A DNA stretch of 64,000 nt, taken from the NCBI RefSeq assembly GCF_009914755.1, contig NC_060926.1, one strand, 5' to 3'. The notes under the pieces were generated by a model. It was not told the DNA's origin, ran no database searches, and saw only the letters and a list, made by a program, of their open reading frames with translations. Both the position numbers and the translations under genes were made by a program. Positions 11,691 through 25,780 of the stretch are shown here, piece after piece. Origin of the DNA: the human T2T-CHM13v2.0 reference genome, Homo sapiens. The stretch's first letter is position 1; every line of letters begins with the position of its first letter.

Positions 11691-13811
11691 AAATCAGCCT
11701 TTTACAGTAGTACAACCAATGCTTCTGTTTGTAATTATTAAAGTCTTCTGAATTTCCAACTCTTGTTTATTTTCGCTAATCCCCGAAATACTCACTCATG
11801 GCTGACTCTAAACAAGTATATTTTAGGATTAAACACTGTGGTGGGGGTTTTCTGTCAAAGATAATACATTTATGCTGTTTATGGCTCTTTATGAATGTAT
11901 GAATTGACAAAATCCCGCCAGCCCCAGAATAAAACTGTAGCTGAAAGGGAAGCATCTCAAACTGGAAATAATTCTGGCAAAAAGTTCACTCACCCACGTA
12001 CACAATGGTAAGAGCAATTAGTTGCATGTGCAAACAGACCTTTGCAGCTACCTGGCAACCAGAGGCAGCCATGGTGGAGAATAAATAGGGCTCAGATAAA
12101 TGCAAGGGGGACCCCTGGCAGTGGCTTTTAAATGGGGATGCTGCATCCCAACATCTAAAGAGGAGATGCAAAGCTCCCTCCCAGGCATTGCACCCTGGTC
12201 CATGGGTGGGGGGCTCCAAATTAAACTAATGAGATGCAGAAAGCAGAGGCCAGAGACGTACTGCTGGCTTCTGAAAAGGTATGCAGATGCTGCTCTGAGT
12301 GCCAGTGACATTTACCCTGGTTTTCTTGTCTTTCCCCCTGGAGATTTTGCTGTCCACTTAATTGAATCACGCCAGCTCCACCGCTGTCTCCTTTTGCCAG
12401 GAGAGTGAGGCGAGCACATCTCGGTAGGCACCGGATCCCTCTTCATCACAGAGGCCGGGAGCTTTGAAATATTTATGGAGTTAAATTTTTAATTAAAAAC
12501 AGGAATAAATCCATCTGTAGGAAGTCGGTGGCCAACCTTATGGAGAACTTAATATGCTACTGACTGATTGGGTTCCTATGTTGTTTGTGCAATGCTTCAC
12601 AGTAGTTTTTAGGAACAATTCAATAACATTGATTTCTATGCCAAATTTGGAGCCATCGACACAGAGAGAAAATGCTCCACAGCACATGGAGTAGGTGAGG
12701 AGCTCTGGTCAAGTGCTTTCATGGAACTCGGTCATCTTTAAAGCAGGCCCATGCAGCCCACTGCCAGGCTAAATGACATTTCACGAAATAAAGCCAGAGC
12801 GCTGGCCAGCACAGGAAAAAGACAATTCCCAGCACTTGGTAGTTATGAGGTTGCCTAAGGCTAAGGGCTAAGCCATGTTAAGTGTTATTGTTAAGCAATG
12901 TTAAATCTCCTGCCTCCTAAGAAAAATGACTTTACTTCTTTTCTCCTGAGGGTGCTGTTTTGGAAAGCGGAGTGTGGTTGTAATACAACCTCGTTAGTAA
13001 ACACCAGACCTGTACCAGGGCCAATGTTTTACCAGCCTCAACAGCCCCCAGTTTTCTTGGTAGTAAACAGAATGAAATCAGCATTCCTTTATTCTTGCCT
13101 GACACCCTAGGTGAGTAGGGAAGTGGCTGTTTCCTAGGCTGCTATGATGTGCGAACATCAACGTATGTGTTTTTGCAAACGGCTCCTTTTTCACTCCAGC
13201 CTGCCAGCCGCTCGCAATTCTCCCAGGTCCCATTCTGATTTCGCAGGCCTCCTTGTGGTCAGTCCCTTCAGCACTGAACTCTCCACTCTTCCCATCTCAA
13301 GCCTCCATCATTCCCACCTGGCCCATCCCTGGCCCCATGGGATCCCATTATCCCCCTCTCTGCAGATGGCTCTGTGCATCGGCGCATGATATTGCTCTTC
13401 CGGACTTAGAATCAAGTGTGGAGTCCTAGGGAGTGAGCAAAAGGCACTGCAGCTCTTCTGTGGTCCTACATGCGTGGGCGGCAAAAGGTTGCTGGAGAGA
13501 CTCGTAAAACTGCATTCATGGGTTCCACTACAAGATTCACATTATGCAGCACCAGCTGGGTCCCTTGCTGCCGTCCAGCTTTTTTTGTAGTCATGTTGTC
13601 AACTCCCCTGACTATCCCACAGTGGCCATTCCAACCCTTTCTACTCCCGTTAAGTTCTACGAAGATGACTAAACTCCCCAAGCCCAGTCTCTGGAGGTGA
13701 TCTCACTTCCTTTGCTTTATGACCTTGAGGCATTCAACGTTAGCCCCTCAACTTCTGCTCCTGCAGCTCAGAGTCCTGCATCTTAGCTCACACACGCTTC
13801 CCAAGGGGATG

Positions 13812-14048
13812 CACTGAGGGCCTGAGCTCGGAGTCAGGCCATGATTATAGCCCCAGTTTCATCACTTACCACCTGTGTGGCCTTGGGCAGTGATGGAATT
13901 GCTTCAGGCTCTGTTTTCTAATCTGCAAATTGGGGATGATATTAGAGCCTCGGTAATAGTGCCGGTATGAGTATTAAATACAATAATACAAGCAAAACCC
14001 TCAGCGAAGAGCCTGTGTAGTGCATTGAAGGATTTTTTATTGTTAGCT
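13812..14048 (+). mobile_element. MIR
   Basis: ctgtgtggccttgggcag...ctgttttctaatctgcaaattggggatgat core. Confidence 0.8.
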
Positions 14049-14087
14049 CTTTTTTTATTTTATCTCAGGGGAAGAAATGTGCCTTCC

Positions 14088-14829
14088 TGTAATGAGGCAA
14101 ACCCACACACCAGAGCTCATTTTCCCTGGCTTCTTGGGGACCTTGAGCCACCAACTACCCTCTCTCGGCAGCATCTTTAATCCTTTTGGCGTTGCTTTCC
14201 TCCCCCTGCCTACTATCATAGATGCACAACTTCAGGGGCACAGTTTGCCAGGATCCCCCACTGTGTGGAGAAGAGGAAGCAGCACCTGCATGGGGATATG
14301 CTGGGGGAACTCACTGAAGCTGAAGGATTCGCCGACTCAGGAAAGACCAGTGGTCTGGATGGTCAAGTGCAAGAGAACATAGCAATCTACTGTGATCTGA
14401 GTGATAAGCTGAGCTAATGGACATGATAGTAGACAGCAGTGCTATGGAGAGGGGGTTTATAACAGATACAGCATGCTGACTTGGCTCTAGGCAAGAGGCC
14501 AGGGCTCCTGTCCAGCAAGACTTGGGTGCAGGAGTAGGCATTGCTCCAGTGGTAGAGGCCATACCCAGGGCGAGTTAACCAGGAAGGTGGAGCATGATGC
14601 TCTAGCTCCCAGGGCAGACATGGCATGACAGCAGCACCCTATTCGCAGGTGGGAGAGATCCAGAGATACTGCTAAGATACTCCTATTATCTCAGGACCGG
14701 GCAGTGCTGAACATGCAACTACCAGATTTATACCTGAGCAGGACTCGTGTGGCAGGTCTACCCCATTAAATTGACTCTTGTATGTCAGAGAAAAACAAAG
14801 ACCCTTGGCTCAACCCTCCTTTTCCCACA
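14088..14829 (+). mobile_element. Probable ancient solo LTR (about 740 bp), family not assigned
   Basis: TG...CA termini, near-perfect 5-bp flanks cttcc/tttcc, ATTAAA at 14765-14770 about 60 bp from the 3' end. Confidence 0.5.
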
Positions 14830-15164
14830 TTTCCTAAGAAAAAGTGGGCTATACCTGTTGGTTCTATTTCCACTCAACCCACTCACACTATAGCCTCTTG
14901 CCCCAGGCTTCTGCCCACACCACTGATACTTCCACCAGACTCTGCTTCCCGCCTTTTGCTCCACATGGATTCTCTCTGTGCCGTCTCCTCCATTCCTGCC
15001 AATTCAATGCCCGTCTCTATGATGATTCCAAAAGTACCTGCCTAACATTCATGTCCCACTCTTGTGACCCCGTTTGATATACTCCTCCTTCTGCCTCCAA
15101 GACGCCTCCAAGTCCCCCTGCCAAAACCCATGCCATCTTCCTTTGCTCTTCTTCTTTTAAACTT

Positions 15165-15362
15165 CCATAGCATTTACTTAGCACCTTCCCAGTGCCCTAA
15201 AAACACCCTGAATTGGATTATTCTCCACTGCCCCTTTCCACCCCATTGAAATATAAATTCCTTGAAATAAGAGACTTTGTTTTATACCCATCATTTGTTA
15301 CACCCAGAACCTAACATAAGGCCATGTATACAGTAGAGTCTTAATACATTGCTATACAGATG
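15165..15362 (+). mobile_element. L2 3' end
   Basis: tataaattccttgaaataagagact...cccagaacctaacataaggcc...cagtagagtcttaatacatt. Confidence 0.65.
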
Positions 15363-15374
15363 AGAATAGTTTTT

Positions 15375-15749
15375 TTGGTTTTTGTTTTGTTTCCTCTACC
15401 CAGGTGGAGGCCTAAGTATGGGCTCCACCACTGGAGCAATACCTACTCCTGCACCCAAGTGTTGCTGGATGGTCTGATCTCATCTGTTGCCCACGTTGGA
15501 GTACAGTGGTACAATCTCAGCTCACTGCAACGTCTGCCTCCCAGGCTCAAGCATTTTCCATCCTCAGCCTCCAGAGTAGCTGGGACTACAGGCACGCACC
15601 ACGATGCCCAGCTAAATTTTGCATTTTTTTGTAAAGACAAGGTTTTGCCAAGTTGCCCAGGCTGGTCTCGAACTCCTGAGCTTAAACAATCAGCTTGCCT
15701 CAGCCTCCCAAAGTGCCGGGATTATAGGCATGAGCCACTATACCTAGCC
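15375..15749 (-). mobile_element. AluJ-like element with a non-Alu insert between body and tail
   Basis: Diverged Alu body 15471-15749 and T-rich tail to 15392; TSD agaatagttttt (15363-15374) / agaatagatttt (15751-15762). Confidence 0.9.
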
Positions 15750-15900
15750 AAGAATAGATTTTCTTTATATACAAGGAAGTTATGGGAAAGAAATCCCCCA
15801 AAGCTTTTTTGACAGTTGGTTTTAGATTGCTGTTTTGCAATATAAGAAATGATTTTTCATGAGGATGTATCTTTTCTCTGAAATCAATAGAAGTCCAGAC

Positions 15901-16201
15901 TTTTTTTTTTTTTTTTTTTGAGACAGAGTCTCACTCTGTTGCCCAGGCTGGAGTGCAGTGGTGTGATCTCGGCTCACCGCAACCTCCGCCTCCCAAGTTC
16001 AAGCGATTCTCCTGCCTCAGCCTCCCAAGTAGCTAGGATTACAGGCACGCACCACCATGCCCGGCTAATTTTTGTATTTTTAGTAGAGACGAGGTTTCAC
16101 CATGTTGGCCAGGGTGGTCTTGAACTTCTGACCTCAAGTGATCCACCCGTCTTGGCCTCCCAAAGTGCTAGGATTACAGGCGTGAGCCACCGCACCCAGC
16201 C
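15901..16201 (-). mobile_element. AluS (Sx/Sz-like)
   Basis: T19 tail and full dimer; source of the 178-aa ORF at 15918. Confidence 0.95.
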
Positions 16202-16226
16202 CAGATTTCTAAATAGTTCATCCCTA

Positions 16227-16458
16227 GTGAGCACTTACTATGTACAAGACACAGTTCTAAATGCTTTGCATCTCCTGACTGACAATGCTCACAGCAACCC
16301 TGTGACTCAGCAGCAACCTGATAATTATCCCCATTTCATAGGGAAGGTCACACGCAGAGAGAGGTTAAATAAACTTGCCCAAGTCCAACAGCTAAAATGT
16401 GGCAGAGCTGGGTTTTTAACCCAAACAGTCTGGCTGCGAGTTTGTTCATTTTAACCAC
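16227..16458 (-). mobile_element. MIR
   Basis: gagcacttactatgt...tatccccatttcatag...gagaggttaaataaacttgcccaagtc. Confidence 0.8.
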
Positions 16459-16524
16459 CTTGACTAAGGTTATGAAGCTCAGAGTTTAATCCATACTCTG
16501 CACCTATCATATTCTGTTATTTGC

Positions 16525-16640
16525 TCACCTGTTTGTATTTCTTACTAAAATATAAGTGCCTTTAAGGACAGGGACTGTGTCTTCTTCATCTTTGTATATG
16601 ACACAGAACATTCCTAATATACAGGTTAAGTAATGCCTTT
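16525..16640 (+). mobile_element. L2 3' end
   Basis: tataagtgcctttaaggacagggactgtgtcttcttcatctttgtat. Confidence 0.6.
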
Positions 16641-19587
16641 CAACCGTCTCTGTAATGCTGTCATAAAAATCAATTCTTTTTTCCGTTCCCTTGGGCCCTT
16701 TGTTTGAAATATGAACAGTTTAGTGTGTAATTGCTAGATGAACATTAAGCAATATACTTTGCCTACCAAAAAGAGAATCCTGTTTTGTTAGAACACTCCT
16801 GAGAGTTGAAAAAACAGTGTCTGCAAATTGGTACTGTAGTTCCTTAAGATTAGAAATAATATCTCCCTGGAAGAAAAAAGGTGACAGTAAATTTCCTGGT
16901 GGAGTGCTGCATGAGCAGTCCTGTGGAGAGAAAGACTCCCTTTCCTGAGGCTGATGAGGGACAAAGGCCTGCTTGGGCCACGTTCGCCTCCAGTCCTTGA
17001 TGTTTCTGTAATCCATGTTACATAAGTTACTTGGGAGAAAAAAAGGTCTCTCTGAATATCTCAAGCAGCTTTCAACTTGGCTGCGCAATGGGAAGCAATA
17101 TACTGGAGCTGAGTGTGGATAGAAAGAGCAACTTTAGAAGGAGCAAGCAGCTAATGCTTGCTTCCTAGGAACCCATAATGAATTTGCTTTCTAAGTACAT
17201 TCCCGGTGTTTCCGCATTGGGTACGATTGTGTTCGTTTCAGAAGAAATACGCCATAAGAGCATGCTTCCACTTTAATGTTTCAGTTGGTTCATTTTATTG
17301 GTCTCAGTCTTCTCGTCTACTTATGCCCATCAGGAAGAGTCCAATCACAAGTGCGCAGGTAACTTTGAAACTTGCAACAAGCATGCTGTCTACTATCTTT
17401 GGTTATCCCAAAAGTATTTTGTCTGGGTGTCCTCAACATCCTTTTCTGTCATTTACCTCACTTCTTAAAGATGCTCTCCCTCTCAGATTTCTCTTGTTCT
17501 CTTCTACAATGAACTTCTGCTTCATTCACTGTTACTGAATTTTCCTTTGCCGGCATTGCACTATTTTATTGTGCTCACTAAGTCACTGGCGGTGACATTC
17601 AAGTTCTGCAGATTTCCAGCAATGCCACAGTACTGGGCGTTGGCTGAAGCTAATCTAGATAGTAATCCAAAGAGTTCAATGAAAAGTTGAGAATCAGAAC
17701 ATTAGGTAAACAGGTGTGTGAGTGCTTGTCTGGGTGTGGGTAGAGGTTTGACTGTCTGGGTCTGTAAAAGCTGACAAAGTCTCCATGCTGCCCAACTTCT
17801 CTGTACAACAAGTACTTCTCTGTGCGACAAGGCCAGCTTGTCAAATAAGATGCTTCATGAGCATATATGTACTGCTCCCCGCAGTCATGCCGGCGGTTGG
17901 AATGTTCTACCAGAGTTTGAGGGTGTCACACTTCATTTATTAATAGACACTGTGAATCATGGCCAGTGGCTTTGACACTTCCCTGGTGGTGCAACCCTAT
18001 CCGAAGAACCTTCCTCACTGTGAAAAGCTACCTTGCAGTGTTTGTCCCTAAGATTGCTGCTCTGACTTTGCAGGAATACTAAGATGAGCTGAAGAACTTG
18101 TCTAGGTCATATCTTCCACATCTGCATATGACGGGGTTTACTGCCTTTTGAAAATCAGTGAAGCTCTTTTACCCCACCAAATTAAGCTTTTTCATCCTTT
18201 CTCTTAAGGTTCCCTGTGCTGAAAATCTAGTCTCTACTTCCCCTTCCCAGTAGGATCAGCTGTCTGTTTGAATGGCCCCCTGATACCACCTCAGTCTTAA
18301 GGCCAAGGACAAAATGATGAATTAGCAGCGATTTAATTCTTTGTGAGATTAAGATGTCTCCATTGTCAACTCAAACTTCCTGAAAATGCAGAAAGCCCCA
18401 GCATGTAATATCACTTTAAGATGCCAAACAGCTGAGATCAGGGGGTTAATGCTACTGCCACCTCATTTTTATGTCACTTAGTTCCTCAGATAAAAGTCCA
18501 TTTTAATCAAACTTTTCATCATTTCCTCGTAGCCAATATATCCTTGATGCCAGTTAGAATATTTGATATTAATTATTCAGTCAAAGGCCTCCATTATGAG
18601 TTTAGTTAGAATATTAGTGATTTAAAACATGTTAAGACTCATACAGTAGTGATGTCCCCAAAGTAGTTTTAACTGAATCTTGATGAACCACATACATTAA
18701 ATTCTATAGGTTTTTTACTTTTTCCCTCATTTTCCATAGAAAATTCCAAACTGCTACACATTTGTTGGCTAAGTACTCTTTTGAGAGGAAGAGTATGTGC
18801 CTGCTCTTTCGAGAGTGCCAAATCTGACATTACCTTGGACATGAAATCTATTAAGCTTGGTAAGCTGACTTGCATGTTTTCCCTCCTGCACATATTAAAG
18901 GGAATTTTAGCATTTATTTCCTACTTCTCCAGCCAAAAGAAAAGAAGGTTGTTTTGTGCCTAGGCATCTGCTTAGAGTATTGCTCTATATCTCATTTCTC
19001 ATAATCTTTGGTAGTTCTTGATGTTTTCCTATCTTATTGCCATTCCACCATCTGCCTCCTAATGCTCATTGCCCTGGAATTATGGTGGTGATTTTCTTGA
19101 TAATGCTGTACCGTTTTGCATGATGCACACTGTCTTTCTGCACCTACCTCCTCCTGTCTTCTCTGACTCCAGCCATTTGCACTGTCCCTTGATTCAAGTT
19201 CCTGGGTTTGCTGTGTATAGGTATCTTAGTATCAACCTACTATAGACAGAGACATTATGAATAAATGAAGTGTATTAATTTATTATAACATCTGATTTGT
19301 ATGTTTGTGAGGCCTGTGCTTTATGATTATTTAAAATGACATTATATCACTGAAATACATAACCATCTTGGATAAAAAGTTAGTGCCTCACCAAATGCAT
19401 GAATACATGATATTATTCAACAGGAGTAATTAACAGTAAAATCACTAGTCTTATTTTCCATTTTTATATACCAAGATCTGCATGCAAATTGTTTCAAAGA
19501 TGTCATGTTTATTCCTAAACTAGTTGATTGTATTTAAATAGAAAATAAAACTAAGAACAATCAAGGCAAGGGAGAGGTTGTAAAACC

Positions 19588-19760
19588 TATTGCGTGCCTT
19601 CTATGTCTGTACGTTTTGCATGCCTTGTCTCATTTTATCCTCACTGTCCAGCTGGCTAGGAGTCATATGATGCTCCTTTAATAAAAGAAAAAAATGTATC
19701 CTTGAAGTCACAGAATCAGAATCAGAATTCAAACCCAGGACTCTCTGGTTTCCAAGGCCT
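19588..19760 (-). mobile_element. MIR fragment
   Basis: tctcattttatcctcac...gaattcaaacccaggactctctggtttccaagg. Confidence 0.6.
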
Positions 19761-20254
19761 TTTTAATTTCACTTGACCCCACATGACTAACATTGGCAAG
19801 TCAAGGAGAGGTTGGAATGCTTACATCATCTGTTTTCATAAGTAATGTGAGTTCATGAGATGGGAGATATCTTAGACCATATGAAGAATAGCCCATGTTC
19901 ATTGTGAACATCTTTTAAGGTTCCAGAGAAAATAGAAAATGTCAAAACCTACGGGTTGTAAAAAAAAAAAGTAATAAAATACAAGAAAATAGTAGGGAAT
20001 TTATGGGAAATAAAGAAAAACACTTTTGAATCACACACTTTTTCTTCTTTTATCACTGTAAGTTTTCCCAAAGTAGAAACAAGATACCTGCCTTTTCCTT
20101 ACAATTACCCTGTTCCTGTTGGGAACATACACAGAGATGTGAGTGGCGCCCCCTAGGGCTGCACAGACCATGTGCATGGACCAGGTCCCCAGCCCCTAGA
20201 TTGCACTCTGCACCACTCCTCCACAGAACACTCAGAACAAGGCAAGGGGAAGGA

Positions 20255-20470
20255 GTTAACATTTGTTGAGCCCGTATTGTGCTCCAAGAACTCTGGCAAG
20301 TACTTTAAATATGTCACCTCATTTATTTCCTGTAACAATCCTGATATAAATATTATCATCCCTATTTTATGGATGAAGAAACTGAGACTGGGAGATGCAA
20401 ACAGGTGTGGCTAAGATTGCACACAGAACTAGTGACAGGTTTTGGAGTCAGTTCAGTATTTTCTGCATCT
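20255..20470 (-). mobile_element. MIR
   Basis: aacatttgttgagc...tattatcatccctattttatggatgaagaaactgagac. Confidence 0.8.
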
Positions 20471-22036
20471 GAAATTTCTGGGCTTTCTGCAGCATCAAGG
20501 TGTCTGGTACTAGGCTGGTTGTAAACAGGTAGGAGAGACACATTACGTGACCATCCTTTCCTGAGGCAGCCCTCACTGCTCTGATCCCACCCTAAATCAC
20601 TGCAGTGTATATTAAAATGAGCATTTCAATGGATAAACCCCTTATAGGCTTTCAGAATGACTAAGAACAGCAACCACTGAATCACAGAACTCCTCTTAGC
20701 AAATTCAAACACCCACTTCCTTCCAGCCAAAATATTTTAAATGGTGCTTTTTTGCTTAAAGACTGCCTCTGTGTTATGCTAGTGAGTTAAATATATATAC
20801 ATATAAACCAGTTGGTTCCACTTCAGCAATTTTTGTAGCCAGGAAACTATTGTTGGTTCTTTCACAGTGTAGTTCTGGCACATCCTTAGGGGACATGGCT
20901 GAGACACAAATGCCAGACAACTGCGGAAGCATCGCTTCTACTGACTCTGCTGCTTCAAGTCCAGAGAAGAGAGCTTTGGCAGTCAGTTACTATGGTGGTG
21001 CCACCCGAGCCCATCTGTGCCCTGGATCTCATGTGACACAGGCCCCACGACCTCGATCATTCTGCCAAGAAACACCTTGGTCCAGCTCCATTATTTCCAG
21101 CAAAGGCAAACATTTGTGGTACAAATGTGAGAGGGGTTGGTACAAAAACAGCAGCCTCCAGAACGTGTTCCTGCTTCTATTCCAAGTCTCTCATTAAGCC
21201 TAGACAGAAGTGACCAGGGCTTGTCTCACCAGAGGGTTGCCCCACTCTGCAATCAGAACTGACCCTTATGGCCGAACATGGAATGACATGTTAAATAGGT
21301 AGGAACCTGGCAATTCTCACGCGCCATTCTCCACCAACAGTACGCTCTGGGACATCATTAGTACCCTTTCAACTTGGTCATTGCTTGAAAGTGAAGACAG
21401 AGTGGTGACTGCCCAGATAAGACTTCTGCCCACTAACTGCTTACATGTGGCTGAGGCAAACACAGACCCTTTTCCAGAAATGATAGTGTCTGACAGCCCG
21501 GGTTTTACAAGGCACTGGAAAGATCTATAATTGTTACAGCAGAGGTTTAAGATGGAAAATAAGCATGTTGAGCTATTTGGAGAAGGAATTTGCCACAGTG
21601 AAGTTTTTTTCCTGGAAACAGTCATATAAAATCAGGATGGAGTTGGTATCAAGCTTCTTGGTCACTTTCCATTGATATGTCGGTGCCTTTGACAATTTAT
21701 GTTAAATGTGCAACAAACACCCTTTTACAGCTTTGTCCAACATCAAAATCAGGTCCATATATAAGACAGTTTCTAGCCAGTGTTTTATAGGAGTGATTTC
21801 TGGATGTGGTATCTGTAATGTGGCCAAGATAATGTGAAGACTCTGCCTTCTGTGGGTCGGTTATAGACAAGTCACTTATGTTACCATCTTGTCAACAACT
21901 TGAATTCCTCAGTTTGTCCTTTTTCTGGTTACTTCTTTCTTATCCAATTTTTTAAAAAATGAAACAGTTCAGTCAGAGCAATGTGTGCAACTTATTAGCC
22001 TGAACAGATGAGCTAGGAAAGTCATCTACTCTCCAT

Positions 22037-22960
22037 ATTCCTGCATTTAACAACTATTTATTCATGACCTACTAAGTGCAATACACTCTGTAGGCCCTGA
22101 GGATAGCGTGATAAGCCCCATAGACACAGTTTCTGTCCTGTGAAGTTTATACTCTAGTGGAGAAGATAGTAATTCAGCAGTCACAAAGAAAACATAAAAT
22201 TGTAACTCTGCCCATTACAAAAAAAAAAAAAAAAAGGAGAGATATGTGATCCAAGAAAATAGAATGTGAAATTGCACCAAATCAAGAAGGGAGGGAGACA
22301 TGAGTTATGATCTGAAGGAGGTTTAAGACAATAAATAAGGAATATTCCAGAAAGAGAACAGCACACGCAGAGGCCTTGTGTAGGAGAACACGTAATGAAC
22401 AGACTGAAAGAAAGGTGTGTGACTGGAACAAAGACTGTGGGAGTTGAGCAGGAAAGGGAGGTAGCAGTCAGACCATGAGTGGTCAAGTGAAGGACATCTG
22501 AACTTACTCAAAGACTAGAAACCTTTGCGGGGTTTTAAGCAGAAAGATGATATGGTTGGATTTGTGATCCAGAATGTTTGTCTAGCTGCAAGGTAGAGAA
22601 TTGTTAGGAGAGATGCTGGAGTGAAGCAGACCAGTTAGAGGATTTTGCTGTCATTCCAGGGACAGATGTTGATAGTATGTACCAGGGTGATGGTGATGAA
22701 AGCAGAATCGGAGAGAAGTGGGAGGAGCTGATGAACCTTGATGATGGATTGCATGTGGGGGTTTGAAGGGTAAGTGAAGCCAGGTGTTAAGAATGGATCC
22801 ACACACAGCAGCATGGGTGCTGGTCCCACTTCCCAGGAGACAAGGCAAAGAGAGGACTAGGTTTGGCAGGGAGAGATCATGGTTAAGCTTTGGGACATGT
22901 TAGATTTGAGGTACCTTTCAGACTTCCAAAAGGAGACCACTGAAATGTGCCCTAGAGATG
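22037..22960 (-). mobile_element. L2 (L2a-like) 3' portion
   Basis: catttaacaactatttattcatgacctact...ggttttaagcag...tgggacatgttagatttgaggtacct. Confidence 0.8.
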
Positions 22961-23384
22961 TCTCGACATGGATGGGAATTGCAATGGCTGATCCAGGATA
23001 TTAAGCAAATGTGTATTCATGAAAACTGAGCAAAAGACCCCAGGGCATATCAGGGGTGATGATGTAATAAACCACAGAGTCGCATACTCAGAAAGTACAA
23101 ATAAAGGCAGGTCGACAGTGCAGACTGCAAAAACCTGGGCATCCTTCTGTGGCTGTGACATGCCTTCACTGCTTAGATCGACAGCAAAGGCTTATCTATC
23201 ACTGTCTTTGTAATTTCATTCTGGAAATAATATTTTTCTCAAGTAGGAAGAATTGGTGACTTAATGTCATCTGGCATTCTGTGACTAAGCGTAGCTCTGA
23301 CTCCATGAAGCATAAGGATGAGGGTAAGAAGAAACAGTGGAAACTGTTTTGATATCTGTACTGAGCTTATAAAACAGAATAAAT

Positions 23385-24020
<636 letters not shown>

Positions 24021-24033
24021 GTCCTCATTTTGG

Positions 24034-24477
24034 TGTCCTAGGCAGGGCTTCTCCCCACCCCCGAGAAGAAGACTCTGAGACAGGGATTTGAGAGCAAGTG
24101 ATTTTATTTGAGAAGCGATCCCAGGAAGCATTGGAAGCGGAGTGAGGAAGGAAAAGGAAGAAAGCCAGTACAGAGCACATTAATGAACAGATTACCACTG
24201 CAGGCAAGAGGGAAGGAGGGCTGGGGTCTTCTGGAGATGGTAGGGAAGACACTCACACCTTGCCCCACCTGGGGGCAAGCATGTTGAGGTACTTAACTTT
24301 TGGTCCCATTTGTCATTGGTTAAGAGTTGTTCCTAAGATATCAACTCCCCAGCACTTCTTCCTGTCCAGTGCACTGGTAACAGAAGCCTCAAGCCAGGCA
24401 GCACAGATGCTTGGATAAGGACCGTAGTGGACAGAAGTGCTGCAGTGATGGGGGTGTGGGGGCAGTCTGCTGCCACA
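24034..24477 (-). mobile_element. LTR16-like solo LTR (ERVL)
   Basis: tgtcctaggcagggc...gactctgagacagggatttgagagcaagtgattttatttgagaagcgatcccaggaagca...tgccaca; TG/CA ends. Confidence 0.75.
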
Positions 24478-25229
24478 ACTAAGGAAGTGTGAAGGCTCAG
24501 GGTTCAAAGCAGATCAGTCGTGGTTGCCTTTCGTGAGAGAAAACATATGAGATTAGTAAGATGCCCCAGACAATCCTGATGCCTTCACTTTATTATTGGA
24601 GTAGGTGCTCTGTGAATTGGTCATGTCTTGTACGGAACACAATGAATGCCAATAGCACCAACAGAGCAACCCAAGAGAATAACTCTAGAAGAAGATACTT
24701 CCAGTTTCTCTTTGTTTCACTCAAATATGCAATACATCAAAATGATGTAAGGTCTTTGACAAGTTCATTTTCTGTCAAGCCCATGCTCAGAACATCACTG
24801 AAATACAGCAGCACCTCTGGGACACTCCTGGGATTAGGAAAGCCTCTGGAAAAATTAAACTTGGTACTGAGTTGCCTGACTCAAAAATGCCCATTAATGA
24901 ACAATGATGGTTTGAGTGTGTGCTGTGGCTTTACCTAGGATCGTGGCTATACACACAGGCGAGGTAAAGTTCTACATGGATTTCAACATGTCATCTTTGC
25001 TTCAATTATGAACAATAAAAACTTGGCCAAACTCAGGGATTCGTCAGATGGCCCTGGTCGTGTGTCTTCCATGGTCTCCACAGTCTCACCTTAGCCTCAG
25101 GCCTTCATGCTAAGACACTAGCGCTGTATCTATGAAGCCTGTAAAACTGGATCAGTCACATCCAGTTCAATTAAGATGCTTAGGCTCACCTTCTTAGAAC
25201 AAAAAGTATGTGTCATAAGTCAAACAGGC

Positions 25230-25780
25230 TACAGGATAAATTCCTAGCATGTAATTACCAGGTCAAAGAATGTGAATATTTTTAAAGTTTCTGATGTATA
25301 TTGCCAGATTGACCTCCAAAAAGGTTGTACCAATTTACACCCCCACCAGCACTGACTATAAATCATTTTTGAAAACCTATGTCAATTTAATAGGTTAAAA
25401 AGTAACGATTATGATCACAAACTGTTTTAATTTGTAATTCGTTTACTCTCAGCGAGGTTTAATTTTTCTCATGTTTATTAGAATCCTTTTTTTTTTTAGT
25501 TTGTTGTAGCTTATCTGTTTGCATGTCATTTCTGTCTAGGTGTTTATCTCTGTCTTCTTGATTTCCTAGAGCCCTTCATATATTAAGGGCATTAACACTT
25601 TGACATATTTAAAATTATTTTAGTTTAACTTAAGCTATCTTTATGGTAATATAAATCTATAATTTTTATATGTTAAATCTTTCATCTTTTGCCTTATAAT
25701 TTTTTGCTTTTATATGCAAAAGGTTATCTCTCATTATGAAATATCCATACTTTCTTCTAATTATTTGATTATTTTGGCAC
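25230..25780 (-). mobile_element. L1ME-type fragment
   Basis: ggataaattcctagc...ttgccagattgacctccaaaaaggttgtaccaatttacacccccaccagc. Confidence 0.75.

Noticed and set aside
11720-13800. TE-poor stretches (also about 16.6-19.6k and 33.6-37.4k) as enhancers
   Set aside because: Absence of repeats I can recognise is not evidence of function, and I saw no distinctive internal structure.
15360-16454. 150-aa and 178-aa ORFs
   Set aside because: Antisense Alu and MIR translations ([16 protein letters not shown]).
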